The notes under the pieces were generated by a model. It worked only from the letters and a program-made list of their open reading frames with translations, was not told where the DNA came from and did not search any database. Shown here one piece after another: positions 49,341 through 61,824 of a stretch of 63,852 nucleotides of DNA (the first letter of the stretch is position 1; every line of letters begins with the position of its first letter). The DNA is taken from contig NC_133619.1 in NCBI RefSeq assembly GCF_048593235.1, forward strand, positions 14,150,602-14,214,453, read 5' to 3'. The translations under genes were made by a program, and so were the position numbers. Source of the stretch: Sminthopsis crassicaudata. Its lineage: Eukaryota.

Positions 49341-50034
49341 ACCCCAGTCAAAGTGGTGATGAACTAGATTCTTACATAAAATTATCTCTTTGAATTTGCT
49401 TATCAAGTCACATGTTCAAAAACTACAGTGAAATTTTTTTTCTGAAGACAAAGGAAATATCTCCTGAGTTCAGGAAATTATGTTAAAGTAATATAGGAAG
49501 GAAAAGAGAGCTAGCTGCAGAAAAAAAAAAAAAAACAACATATTGTTCTATTTTTTTTTTCAAATCTCATTTCCACGTGTTCTTTAAACATATATTTCTA
49601 GGTAGAGCTCCAAGAGGGAACTCTGCATTTCCATAAGCATGCATTTTGAGATTAGATCGTCTATGAAATTTAGGCCAGCTAGCTACATTTAATCCTGCCT
49701 TGGGAGATTTGTCAAGTTTAGTAGCTCTAATTATTTCTTGAGTGACTGTCAACATGCCTGTTAGTCAAAGCTGGTTAAAGCTTTATAGCTGGTTTTTAAA
49801 ATGGGATCTTTGGCAGAACCTGCAAGGAAGAAGCCTGAGTCCTGAACCTCTCTCATATTCCTTTGACCTCTCCAAGTTCATTTAAAATGCCTTTTCCTCG
49901 TCTGTGGATTATGGTAGAGCCATTTGATTAGGCTGTGATGAGCAGTAAATTTTGAAGGAAGAGTGTTGCATTTTTTTTTTTTTTTTTGCAATTGTATTCA
50001 TCTAGTGCAATTCCTGGCAAGAATTTTGATGCTT

Positions 50035-50175
50035 GGGGGCAGCTAGATGGCACAGTGGAGAGAGCACCAGCCCTGAAGTCAGGAGGACCTGAGTTCAAAT
50101 CTGGTCTCAGACACTTAACACTTCCTAGTTGTGTGACCCTGGGCAAGTCACTTAACCCCAGCCTGGGGGGGGGGG
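50035..50175 (+). mobile_element. Young WSINE1-type SINE with a poly-G tail
   Basis: TSD aagaattttgatgctt at 50019-50034 and 50176-50191; A box tggcacagtgg and B box gagttcaaatc; G11 tail. Confidence 0.93.
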
Positions 50176-50789
50176 AAGAATTTTGATGCTTAGTGCTTAT
50201 TATATACTTTTTAAAAACAGATTTAAATTGTCAGCCTCTCCTCCAATAAAATATTTAGCTGATATTCTAGCAAATTATGGTTTAGAAAATGTCAGCTCAT
50301 TTGGTCTTCAAAGGGAATCCTGAGAGATAGATGAGAGATAGATGATGACCAGTATTACGGTCCCCTATTTTGCAGATATGGGGACTGCTAGAAAAGCGTA
50401 CCCTAGCAATGCGTGATCTCTACTCAATTCTGTTTCTCTGCCACGAGGCTTGATGTTAGCAAATGTGGGTCTGAAAATGGTGCTTTCCTTCTGCCTCTTA
50501 TCTTCAACTCATTTGCCAGGTGAGGAAGAATACTTGCTCAGTGCAGACTTGATCAACTAACGATTGGATTCCTTTATTAATTTATTATTTGAGTGATTCA
50601 GGTTTTGTAGCTTGGAGAGAAGCACGGGGGTCATCTCTGTCACTGAAAGCAAAGTACAGTTAAAAGCAATGGGAATCTGTCTAGATTAGTGTTTCTTTCC
50701 TGCCTCAAAATCCAGCTGTTTTCCCAGAATTATGCACATGGTTTAGAAACTCTCCCTCACTTGACATGTTTATCCATACATGCACATAT

Positions 50790-50990
50790 ATTTGATATAT
50801 ATACATACATCTAGGATATACTATAACATACTTAATATGTATGGGACTGCCTGCCATCTAGGGGAGGGGGTGGAGGGAAGGAGGGGAAAATTCAGAACAG
50901 AAGGGAGTATAAGGGATAATGTTGTAAAAGAAAATTACTTATGCATATGTAGTGTCAAAAATGTTATAATTATAAAATTAATAAAATATA
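50790..50990 (+). mobile_element. Young L1 3' end
   Basis: gactgcctgccatctaggggagggggtggagggaagg...agggataatgttgtaaaa...tatgcatatgt. Confidence 0.88.
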
Positions 50991-52949
50991 TATATACATA
51001 TGAATATGTATATACATATGGATAAATATATATTTAAATATATATAAATACATATAATATATATATATGTATATATTTATCCATATGTATATATATGGAA
51101 AATCTAGACAATTGTAGAGGTTCTTTTAATAGGTTCAATTCAACACATATAACACACTAAAGTGCCAACTCTACAATTTAGGCAACGAATTAGGCCCCAT
51201 GAATACAAAGCCAGAAAGAAACTTACATTCTTTGAAAGGGAGCAAGAAAACTATGTATAGAGACAAGAATCAGAGCTGCAATTTCCCCAAGATAGGGTAA
51301 CGACATTTCTTCTTCCACTGCCCTGCTACCTTTAGTATATAAGAAAGAGTCTTAAAGCAGTTTTCAGCTTTAAAAGCTTTAAAGATTTGGGGAACACTAT
51401 TTATGCAGAATACAAAATCATTTCAGCAATGAATGAAGACAGATGATTATGGATTGGGAAAAAAGGGTTTATTTTATATCAGAGGCACTGGCTAACCTGC
51501 ATATTCAAGGGAAAAGGAGATGGCAAGAATAAGTGAAGAATCAGAGCATTCCACTGAGAAAATCCAGTCTATGCAAAACTGCAGAGCATAGGGATGGGGT
51601 AGGGACCAGCAAAGAGGCTCATTATGAAAGGTCGATTTCTGAAGAAGAAAACCCATGGCCTGTTTCTGCCATTCTGAATCACGATCGATTTCCAGCATCC
51701 ATCTGGTCTTAACGTAGGCACACATGCATGATGGGCAGAAGACCCAAAAGACACGTTTGTTCCCCAACGCCACTTGTTTTACAAGGTTCCCTGTACTTGT
51801 AGCAGCCTAACAAGACAGACTCATCAATTAGGTGCTTCCATTTTGTGTTCTGTAGCATAACAAATGTTAAATGACTTAAGGTTCCTTCCCAAGACATTCT
51901 GTAATTAAACTCTAAGATAATGAGAATGAGAATGAATCGGAGGAACAAAGCTAACATGGTGAGGAGCCGCCAGGAAGAGAAACACCTCTTGTACATAGAG
52001 GGAAAAGCCTCTCCAAATGACAAGGTGATGGTTTTTATGATTATGAAGGGGAATCACATCTGGCACAAAAGCAACAATCTTAATCCAGGATTTAAGCAGT
52101 TGGACACAGCCTGGAAACACAGAAAATGCCATTAGCTCTTTCTCCCTTTCAATCAGGGATGCTGACAAGCTTCGGTTTATGGAGTTTGTGGCACTTGTCA
52201 TTTCCTGTGGGAAATGACTGGGCCTTTCCTCTGCAGTACTGTGGCTGAGCCAGTGGTCTGGCCATTTGCCAATATATTTATTATGGCAGGTTCATCCCCT
52301 CCTGTTGATGGAGCTTTTCAGTTCTTGGCTAAGTAAGACACCTGAGACTCAGTGCTGATGGCCAATTGGAGCTGGTGATCTCAGGCACTTGCTTCTTTTC
52401 CTACCTTTCAATGCTGGGCTTGGACCTAGAAGAAGACACGTAGCTGTTAATTGAACTGGGGTAATTAGAAAAGGGACCTGATTCAGCTTACTTTCACCAA
52501 AGGTGATTGTCTACCCTTAGGGGGAAGCCCTACAATTTGATTTACTTCAATCTGCATTTGTTGATCTTCCACTAAGTACCTGGCTAGGGGTACAAAGACA
52601 AATACTGCCCTCAAGGAATTTAGAATCTCAAGGGGAAGACAATACACTAAAGAAAATGTGTGAGTTATGAATGGCGTCTTCATTCTTCACAAAATAATCC
52701 ATTTCTCCTGTACTTTCTTAGTCTAGTTCTGTGACGTGAGGGGACATGAAGGGGATTTACAGAATAATGGTGAAATGAACTAGTGTGGTGCAGAATGGAT
52801 TCAGAGCCAATAGCCTGTCTTTGAATGCTAGATCTGCCTTTTACTAGCTTTGTGACTTTGGATAAGTGACTTTTGTCTCTCTGATTCTCTTTCCTTATCT
52901 ATAATCTAAAGAGAAAATATTTGATGATCCCTAATCCCTCTCAATTTGT

Positions 52950-53150
52950 GTCAGGAAGACCTGAGTTCAAATCTATCTTCAGATATTTACTAAGCACATG
53001 ATCTGAGTCAAGTCACTTAACTTGTTTACCTTAGTTTCTTTAACTGTAAAATGGAAATAATCACAGTGCCTATCTTCCAGATTTGTGATGATTTGTAAAT
53101 ATTTGTAAAACACTTAGGCACAAGATAGGCATTATATAAATGCTTATTTC
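52950..53150 (+). mobile_element. MIR SINE
   Basis: tcaggaagacctgagttcaaatc...ttagtttctttaactgtaaaatgg. Confidence 0.75.
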
Positions 53151-56100
53151 TTTTTCTCCTCTTTATACGGCTTTGCAAAAGTGGTCCCCAGTGCCTGGAC
53201 TGCACCACTGCTTCAATTCTCTTTCTTTGATCTCCTTTGCTTCCATCAAAAGTCTGCTTAAGCAACAACTTCTATCTGTAGTCTTTCCTGATCTTTTCAT
53301 GCTGGTGTCTGTCTACTCCTATATTTCCATAAGCAAAATGTTTATTTGGTACAGATATGTTTATGGCTCCCTGAGGGCAGAGTTTTCCCACTTTTTTTCT
53401 TGTATCTTCAGTGCCTAACACAGTTAAATTATTTAATTGATTCAATTTCATCATTACCAATTATGTCTATTTCATTTTTGTAGATGATAAGTCATTCTAG
53501 CTTCCAATATTTGGCTGATGGCTCAGATGTGGCCCCCTGATCCTAGAGTATGGGCAGCTGACATTTTTAGCCAACTTTTTTTATGGTGTTCATCAGTGTC
53601 CATAATTTGCATGCTTCTCCACTAGCAGCAAAGGTACAATGGATCTCTCTCTGATAGAAAATCACCCTAAAGGGGAAGGGTTCTAGTGCTGAATGTTACC
53701 AGGACAGACAGAGACAAAAGAGCTGCAGATAGGTGGGACCAACCTCTGGAAAAAGAAAAAAGTCTGGATGGCTTGGTTGGAAGAATGGCGAACATCATCA
53801 GTTAAATCTCCTGGAGAACCATCAGCTTTGGATGTGAAGATTCCAACTGTCTGAGATCTGTGGATTACTTAGAGAAGGTTCATCATTTCTGAAGGGTAGA
53901 TCATTCAGCTGGGTTCCCTGTCCCTCTTAGCAGCTCTACTCCTGAAGCCAGGGCTAACTCTTGATTTAGAGTTTATTCTGACTTGAAACTTGACCACTTC
54001 AGCCTTCTGTTCGCTGAATACTATGCCTCTTATCAGGTGATTATCTCTACTTCAAGCTGTCACAAGCTGATGAGCAGGGAGGAAAGAGAGAGAGGGAACC
54101 ACTCCCAACCAGGGGAAGAACAGTTTCTTTTCAACAGTTGGGGACTTTTTCCATCATGGATTCTTTTCTCTACAGCTTGAGCTCATACTCATCAGACCCC
54201 TCTCCTGTTTTGCCTTACTCCCTAGAGGGGAAAGAACTGCCATTGGTATAGCTCATCCTTAGGCCATTGCTAGCTACTCTGTAATGTCAGCAAGTTTAAC
54301 TGGAGAACTTCATGGACTTTAAAATTGTTTACAAAAGGATAACAAAAGTAGACCCTTCTTTGAGTCTCCTTTAAGATTTTTAACATCATTTTCTCCTTTG
54401 CTTTCTCATTACACTTAGTCATTGCATCAACTGGATTAAGTTTGGGGGAAAAACGAAAGAAACAAGCATTTATTGAAGGCCTACTATAATATCAGGCCCT
54501 ATGCTAAGGTATTACAGATCTTATCTCATTGATTCTCATAACAGCCTTGGAAAGTTATGATCCCTGTTTTACAGCTGAGGTAATTGAGGCAGGCAAAAAT
54601 TAAATCACTTGCCTAGGGTCACACAGTTATTTCTTGACTCCAGGCTCACCACTACCCACTAGACTTCCTAGCTGATGTAGAAGGTCATCCATGAATCTAA
54701 ATCGATTCCCCTTACCCCTAGAAAACTCCCCCATGCTACTTATATGGGTATATGTATAAGTGTACACTGAAAAGTTTAGGCCATAACTCAAATTTTATAT
54801 AAACCAGATCTAGAGGATAAAAGGTACAATTTACTTTCTGATAAATGTGCTATTTGATCTAAAGATGAGAAGGCTAAAAGGTGCTCTAATAATCTTCAAG
54901 GAAATGAAAAATCTAGATGGAGGCTGATGTCCAGCTGTTTTCCTTTTCTTTGAAGAGGGAACAGGATTAATTTGAATGAATAATTTCTTTAGAATATTTT
55001 GACGGGAAGGCACTTTGTCCTTCCATGTAACCCTGCCAAGATGGTTCTTCTGAAAATATCTCAGAGAGAGATGGGCTGGATGGCATTTTAAGGATGGACA
55101 TTGGGGAAAGGAATAGGGCCATATGCTCCTTCTGAAGGCCTTTGCCAACAATTGTATGCTAGCCCATCTTCCTGATGGCCTGTTCTTACCAGGACTTGGA
55201 CACCAGTCAAGTTCCCCCTCTCAAAGGCAATATGGATGAGATATAGTCCATATACCCCCAAGTTACCATTTTATCCACTAGATAGTAGATGTCCTACCTT
55301 GTGCTATGTTTGCGGAGCTCAGCCATTTCTCATAAAAATCTGTTTGCAGTTCTATTTGGACTTACTCAGTAGACTCTACTTGCACTCGGTGGAAGGGTTT
55401 TGAAATATTTGCTATTTAGGCACAAAGATTTGTCATGGGAAATGTGACCTTTCATTTGGTTCTATTTTCTTAACTAATCCTTAAAGCAGATGGAATATTA
55501 GTTGCTGAGAGCCCAGGCAGATTGTGACATTGTTCCTATTCCAGTTAGAAAGTTACTTGGATGGTGTGATTCTCCACACCCAGCTTCTCATGGCTCTTCC
55601 CTTTCTCTCCTTGTTCTCTATCCCAAATCGACTTTTTAATTCAAATTGCTAAATATCTTTGAGGTTTTTTAAAGTTATTTTTCTATTAGATTACCAAACC
55701 TACAAAGGAAAGAGAAATTATCATTTTAAATGCTGAATCCCTAGATAATAGAAAAAATGCAAACAGTGATCTTTGTGATACTGAAAGAAAATGAAGATTA
55801 ATTATCAGGCTTCCTTCATTTTCACTCTTTTGGTGACATGTGTACCCCTTCCTTCCCTCCATTTCTTTTAGCTTAGATTTATGGAAGGTACAACTCATTA
55901 ACAGGCGATGCCTTTCAGCAGAATGTCCTATATATCTCTGCAAGGCTATATATAGGTTGCTTTTCATGGTTCCAACAAACCACTTTCATTCTAACTCCCC
56001 AATCTAAAATTGCTGACACAGAACCATCCATTATCTATGAGGATGGCTGTGAGCTAGACCATTATTTACAGTTAGGGACCATTAATGTTATTAGGTAAAT

Positions 56101-56499
56101 GTGACTTGAAAATAGAAGCATCTCGTTGGTCTATGAGGGATGAAGGGATGACAGTATTTTACAAAAATAAATTTGAGGCAATTAGATAAACTCATGATGT
56201 TGGTTTATAGAACTGTTGGAAGCCTTCAATCATTCAAATTTTAAAAGAAAAGACAAAATTTTAGCAGGGTATGTCTAACTCTCTAGCAAAAGACTTTTGT
56301 TTTTGAAATTAAGCATTTGAGTAGTCTCAGTAGCATGTAGTGATCACACTGGTAAAACTGTCTTGGCTAATGGGTTAAACTAGATTGAGGGTAACCAACA
56401 AATCTCAAATCTGTCAGTGAGGTAGAGGATGTCTATTCCAATCATATGAAGACTCTTCTCCCCATAGCCCCAGTGGAATAGGTGGATAAATACAAATTA

Positions 56500-56760
56500 T
56501 TCCAATGGCTGTGAAACAGGGGCTGTGTAGCCCTTAGAGTTTGGTCACGCATTGAAAAGGCTGGGGTCACCCACTGCATCTTGGGTAATCACCAATCATC
56601 TTGACTTTTTGTTTGCCACTTGACTCTGAAACAGAGAGTGAATCTCATAACTGTGTGCACCTCTGTCTCACTTAAACCTAATTCACAAGCAAGTCAAGTC
56701 ATTACCCCGTAAGATCATTCATCCTCTTTGAAAAAGAACCTCGAACAACAGCAGAAACAA
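56500..56760 (+). mobile_element. Marsupial RTE-type SINE
   Basis: ggggtcacccactgcatcttggg...ctcacttaaacctaattcac...cctcgaacaacagc. Confidence 0.65.
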
Positions 56761-57599
56761 TGACATAAAGCTTCCCCTCCTTAATCCTTGAAGTCCTAAA
56801 ACCAGAGTTTTACTTTAGCTTCTTTCTTTATTAATTAAGTGACACTGGACAAGCCACTTGACCCTATTAAACAGGATTAAGTCAGCCTCGGTATCTGTAA
56901 GATGGAGATGACATTTGCCCCATCTGACAAGGTTGTTGTGAAAATCAAATGGGAAAATATATTCCGAAAACATTTAGCAAGTGATAAGATAATGATGTGA
57001 AAACACAACATAAAAAACAATATAACATTTGGAAAGGATTTTAAAAGAAATCTAAACCATTATCACTTTTCTAACATAGAAAATATAAGAGGAAAATGAG
57101 ACTTGTGGGAAATATATTTTCCCAAAGCCCCTGCAGAGCACAGTAGATGAAAATGAAGACCAAATTTAGATTGGGAAGTAGCATTTGTAACAAAAAGATG
57201 ATACCTGAATTTGGATTCTGATGGGAGGGTAGCATTTATCTTTCCTATCCTATGTACCTGTGGTTGTTATCGTTGTTGTTAGGTTTGATTGTTTTATTTC
57301 TCTACTGGTTTATAATCTTAGACTGATAAAGCAGCTTGGGGAAGGGATCGGAGAGAATTCATAACCTGAATTCACTGGAATTTTGAACAATTGCAGTTTG
57401 GAAAATGTGCAGTGAATATGTGCTTTTATTCTGATCTCAATATTATCTTGCATGCTATTTTAAGTAAATGCCCCATTTACATTGCTTGGATATTGTATGA
57501 TTAAGTCAATGTGATTTCATCCCTATGGGTATCTGATCCACCACCTGTGAGTGAGAACATTCAAAAGGATCCTAACCTGGTACCATCAACTTGCTTAAT

Positions 57600-57750
57600 T
57601 TTTCTTATAACTATATTCCAATATAATTAGTTTCCTTTGTAATTTTTTTTGCATTTTATTTTATGTCTTTAAAAACATTTTATTCCTGAGGAGTTGCTAG
57701 GCTTGCCAAATGATTAGAAGGGTTTATGATACAAAAAGGCTTAAAACCCT
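57600..57750. mobile_element. Charlie-like hAT relic (same family as 4797)
   Basis: caatataattagtttcctttgtaat...gatacaaaaaggcttaaaaccctg. Confidence 0.55.
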
Positions 57751-57978
57751 GTTCAAACATTTAACACATAAAATTTAGCAGTTATGTGACCAAAGAATCC
57801 ATCACTCCATGGTGCAATGGATATCTTATCTGGGACAACCTACCTGCAGTAGAGAGAATGTTGGAGTAGGAAGATCTGAATTTGACCTGCTTCTGATATT
57901 TTACATTTGTGAAAACATAGAAATAATCATTGTATTTTTTTTGGACTTGTTTCCTTGCCTCCTACAGTGTCTATTATT

Positions 57979-58109
57979 ACTTTTGTATGTGAGGCAATTG
58001 GGGTTAAGTGATTTGCCTAGGTCATATAATATTAAGTGTCTGAGGCTGGATTTGAACTCAGATCCTCTTGACTTCAGTGCTAGTATGCTACCCACTGTCC
58101 CTTCAGTAC
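57979..58109 (-). mobile_element. WSINE1-type SINE nested in a MIR
   Basis: gaggcaattggggttaagtgatttgcctagg...gatttgaactcag; possible TSD ctattatt at 57971 and 58110. Confidence 0.8.
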
Positions 58110-58983
58110 CTATTATTGTGAACATGCTTAATAAACAACACTTGGTGATTTATTGTCCAAGGACTAGTCATTTATCCTCTTAGCCTTAGTTTTGACATCT
58201 GTAAAATTATAATAGCATTCCTCTCATATCAAGATCAAATAAGATAATATAAGTGAAACACTGAAACTCTTACTGCAATAAATCAATGCTATTATTATTG
58301 TTGTTGCTGCTGCTATTATTCTTTTAAGCATGACTCCATCACTTGCTTATTTTTTTTTAACAGTTTGGTTAGATCTGCCAGATTTTTCACTTAAATGGTA
58401 TTTGGGAACCCAGAGTCACCTCCTCACCAGAATGGATGATAAGAGAAATATGTCCTACCAGTGTCAAATTAAAAAAAGCTTTTTTTTTTTTGCAGCAATC
58501 CTATACTTATTTTTATTTTGAATGCAAAATCAATCGGTGATTTTCTAGTAATCTCACCACTCTTGCTGCTGATAGATTTCACTTTCCTATTCTCAATAAA
58601 CCTAGATTCTTTATTTTTACTATTTTTAAAACAGAAAGCTAGGTTTTTGTCTGTCATAGCTGAAATGTCTTGTCTGGTTCTCTCTTGGCAGAAAAGATCT
58701 TTAGAATTGTACACTGGAACATCTCCTGTTGGTAGCAGTTCAATCAGATCAGTCAGGATTTTCTTGCTAGCAAAGGTCAGTCTGACAACATTGAATGGAG
58801 GGACATGAGGGCTCATCTTGAATGTTATAACTTCCTGCATAAAAGACCAAAGGCATCTTTATTCATAGTAGGAAATTCCCACTGACATCAGTGAAAGATC
58901 ATTGCTTGCCATAGTCAATCTTTTTACTGCTTAGCTTTAGTCTGTGAGATGAAAACAGCAGCCAATCCAAATGAAGAACTTAC

Positions 58984-59040
58984 CTTAGCTATTTGAGGAC
59001 TGTGGCAAAGCTCCAAACAGTAGAATCTGCTAAAGAATCT
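58984..59040 (-). other. Candidate 57-nt exon (RFFSRFYCLELCHSPQIAK)
   Basis: Acceptor ttcttgactcag|A, consensus donor AAG|gtaagt, open in phase 0. Confidence 0.25.
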
Positions 59041-59979
59041 CTGAGTCAAGAATTTTTTAAAAAATTCCTACTTGGGAGAGATGTAGTATAAGTCACTGGA
59101 TTTCTGTTCTCTTCCAACTTTCCCAGAATACCCTTATTTGGTTGTGCTTTTCAAATATCCTTATATCTTTGAAAACTGGGGGGTTCATTTTTTCTGGTTC
59201 TAACATTATTCCTTCTGTGGAGTCCAAGTCTGCCTCAATGTAATTTTTACCCATTAGGAAACTGATCTGCTACCTTGGAATCCAATTCAGTAAGTTGGTT
59301 GTGCTTCATGACATCCCATCTCAAAGCATTTATTTAAAGCATCACAAATCAGCAAATCAATCTATGAAAGAAATTTCACAGGAGAATATCTGGGTGGAAG
59401 ATAACAATTAACTTCATTTTGAGGGTCAAATAAACATATTCTTAATCTTTCAATCCTCAGAGAAAACAGTTTTAATGACAAATAATAGCAATGACAACTC
59501 ATGTTTCTAGGATGCTTTAAGGATTACAGTACTTATTATTCATGATGGACCTTTGATATAAACTGGATAATAAGCACTGTTATTCCTACTATACAAATAA
59601 GGAAAGTGAGACCCAGAAAGGTGATTTGTTTGTCCAAGGTCATAAAACTAGTGAATCATGGGATCGGACTTGACAAGAGGTCCAGCACCTTGTCCTATCA
59701 ACTATTTTGCCATCTCTCAAAGAAAGATTCTAGATTCCCAGCCCCCAGTTACTGGCTGCTTTTCCTATTTGAAACAGGTCAAGCTTATAGATTTTCCTAT
59801 AGGATTCCCATTCCAGCTCAAGGGTGTTACCCTATTTCCCTACACAGACCATAAAGAGCTACTAATTAACATAAAAACAAAATCCTTTTAAAGTCAGAGG
59901 AGTTGATTATGCAGATTTGCTATTGAAATAGCTTCCTCGTCTCTAGTCATTCACCTCACCAAGCCATGTTCTGGAATTT

Positions 59980-60134
59980 CAGTGTTCCTCAAACTTTTTA
60001 AATAGGGGGCCAGTTCACTATCCCTCAGACTGTTGGAGGGCCAGACTAAAGTAAAAACAAAAGCTCACCCTCTGTCTCCGCCCCTCAGCCCATTTGCTGC
60101 ATCTGGCCCGAGGGCCATAGTTTGAGAACCCCTA
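59980..60134. mobile_element. OC1 (OposCharlie1)-like hAT MITE
   Basis: Left end cagtgttcctcaaactttttaaatagggggccagttcactatccctcagactgttggagggcc; right end tggcccgagggccatagtttgagaacccct. TSD not clean. Confidence 0.75.
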
Positions 60135-60139
60135 TATCT

Positions 60140-60690
60140 GGATAGTTGCCAAATTATGGTTCCTAAAATGCCGGTCTGATCCTGATCCTCCCTTATTCAA
60201 GAAGCTTAAATAGCTCCCTATTGCCTCTAGAATCAATACAGTCTTTTGCTTAGCATTTAAAGTCCTTAGAAATTTGGCTCCAGCTTAGCCTTCCAGAAGG
60301 GCTATACTTTATTCTTCCTCACCCACTCTAAGTTTTAGCCAAACTGGCCTGCTTTCAGTCACCCATCCACAACATTTCATTTTCAGTTCCTTTGCCTCTG
60401 AACAATTCATTCTTCTTGCCTAGAATGTTCTCTTTTCTCATTTTGGCTTCTTGGAACCCCTATCTCCTTTTAAGGCTCAGCCAACTTGCCATTTTGTGGG
60501 CGAGATCTTGCCCCAGTCCACCAGCCTCCCTTTTAATGTTTTTCTATGAATTTTGAATTTATCTTGTGATCACATGGCTTTTCTCAGTAAACTATAAAGT
60601 CTACAAGGACAGGAACAATCTCATTTGGGTTTTTATATCCCTAGCATCTACCACAGGGCTTGGTACATGGTCGACATTTAATAAATGTTT
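60140..60690 (+). mobile_element. L2 3' region
   Basis: ctccctattgcctctagaatcaa...gcatttaaagtcc...cagggcttggtacatgg...taataaatgtt. Confidence 0.8.
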
Positions 60691-61007
60691 CTGGAATCGA
60701 AGAGAATTGGGGTCAACTAAGTAGGTTAGAGATGCCTTTGAATATAGGAAAAGGTTGCACAACGATGTGGCTCATAGACAAAATGTGCTTTACATGCATA
60801 TATAATATATGTAGATATAGACATAAACAATATCCATATGATCATGTGTTCAAACTCATCTAACTAGGCTAGAAAATGTGAATATGCTTTTACTTGGATG
60901 GGAACCTACAAATATAAATTCCTGAGATCTTAATGAAGTAGTATATCCAATAAACATGAGATAATTAACTCAGCTACATTTTAATTCACATTTTCAAGAA
61001 TTTATTG

Positions 61008-61210
61008 CAGTAGTTCTCAAAATGTTGTCTGGAGATTTCTGAGGGTCCCCAAGACCCTTTGAGGGGATCCAACAGCTCAAAACTATTTCTGTAATACTAA
61101 GACTTTTTAACTTCTAATGTGGTAAGTATTCAAAGATAGATATAAAAACTCTTTGGAGTCCTGGATAATTTTTTAAAGTGTTCAGGGCCCCAAGGTTTGA
61201 GAAGTGCAGC
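61008..61210. mobile_element. Charlie1-like non-autonomous hAT
   Basis: cagtagttctcaaaatg...gtccccaagaccctttgagggg...caaaactattt; right end tttgagaagtg. Confidence 0.7.
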
Positions 61211-61824
61211 TGTATAGGATAATGCGAATGTGTACATGTTGTCCCTTCCAAGAGAATGCAAATTGCTTGAGGGTAGGTTTGAGTTTATTTTTAGTTTTGT
61301 ATCCCCAGTGCTTACCATGGTGCCAGGTACATAGTGAACACTCAATAATTTCTGGTTGAATGACTGACCATCTCCTCAGCTGTATCCTAAGCCTGAGATT
61401 GGGATGGTAGCATTTATTTCTGTATTTCCAGTGCCTAGCAAAGTTCTTCATACACGCTTACACAAATGCTTATTGATGATGATGACTTTAAAATCTGGCT
61501 GGTGAACAAAGCAAACCCATGTGAGATGATTCAAAAACCACTACACAGCAGGAACAGCATGGGAAAAACTAGTGCATAATACTCTTTAATGCATATCTTG
61601 AAAAATATAATTAAAATAAGATATCAAAACAATAAACCAGTCACCAAAGGCTGAGAGATTTCTCATCATGACTTTTCCTTAGCATTTTACATTTTGTAGA
61701 AGAGAGAGCTTAAATTGGAAGAGATCTACAAAGGTTTGACATCTGGCCATTTTTATTTTTTAAGTAAATGGAAGAAAAATACCCTAAAGAGATATATCTC
61801 TAGATGTCAGGGGGCAAAGAAGGA

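Noticed and set aside
58469-58900. 123-aa minus-strand ORF, and a plus-strand IVHWNI motif resembling an EEP nuclease start
   Set aside because: No recognisable domain; an in-frame stop follows the motif and the other EEP motifs are missing.
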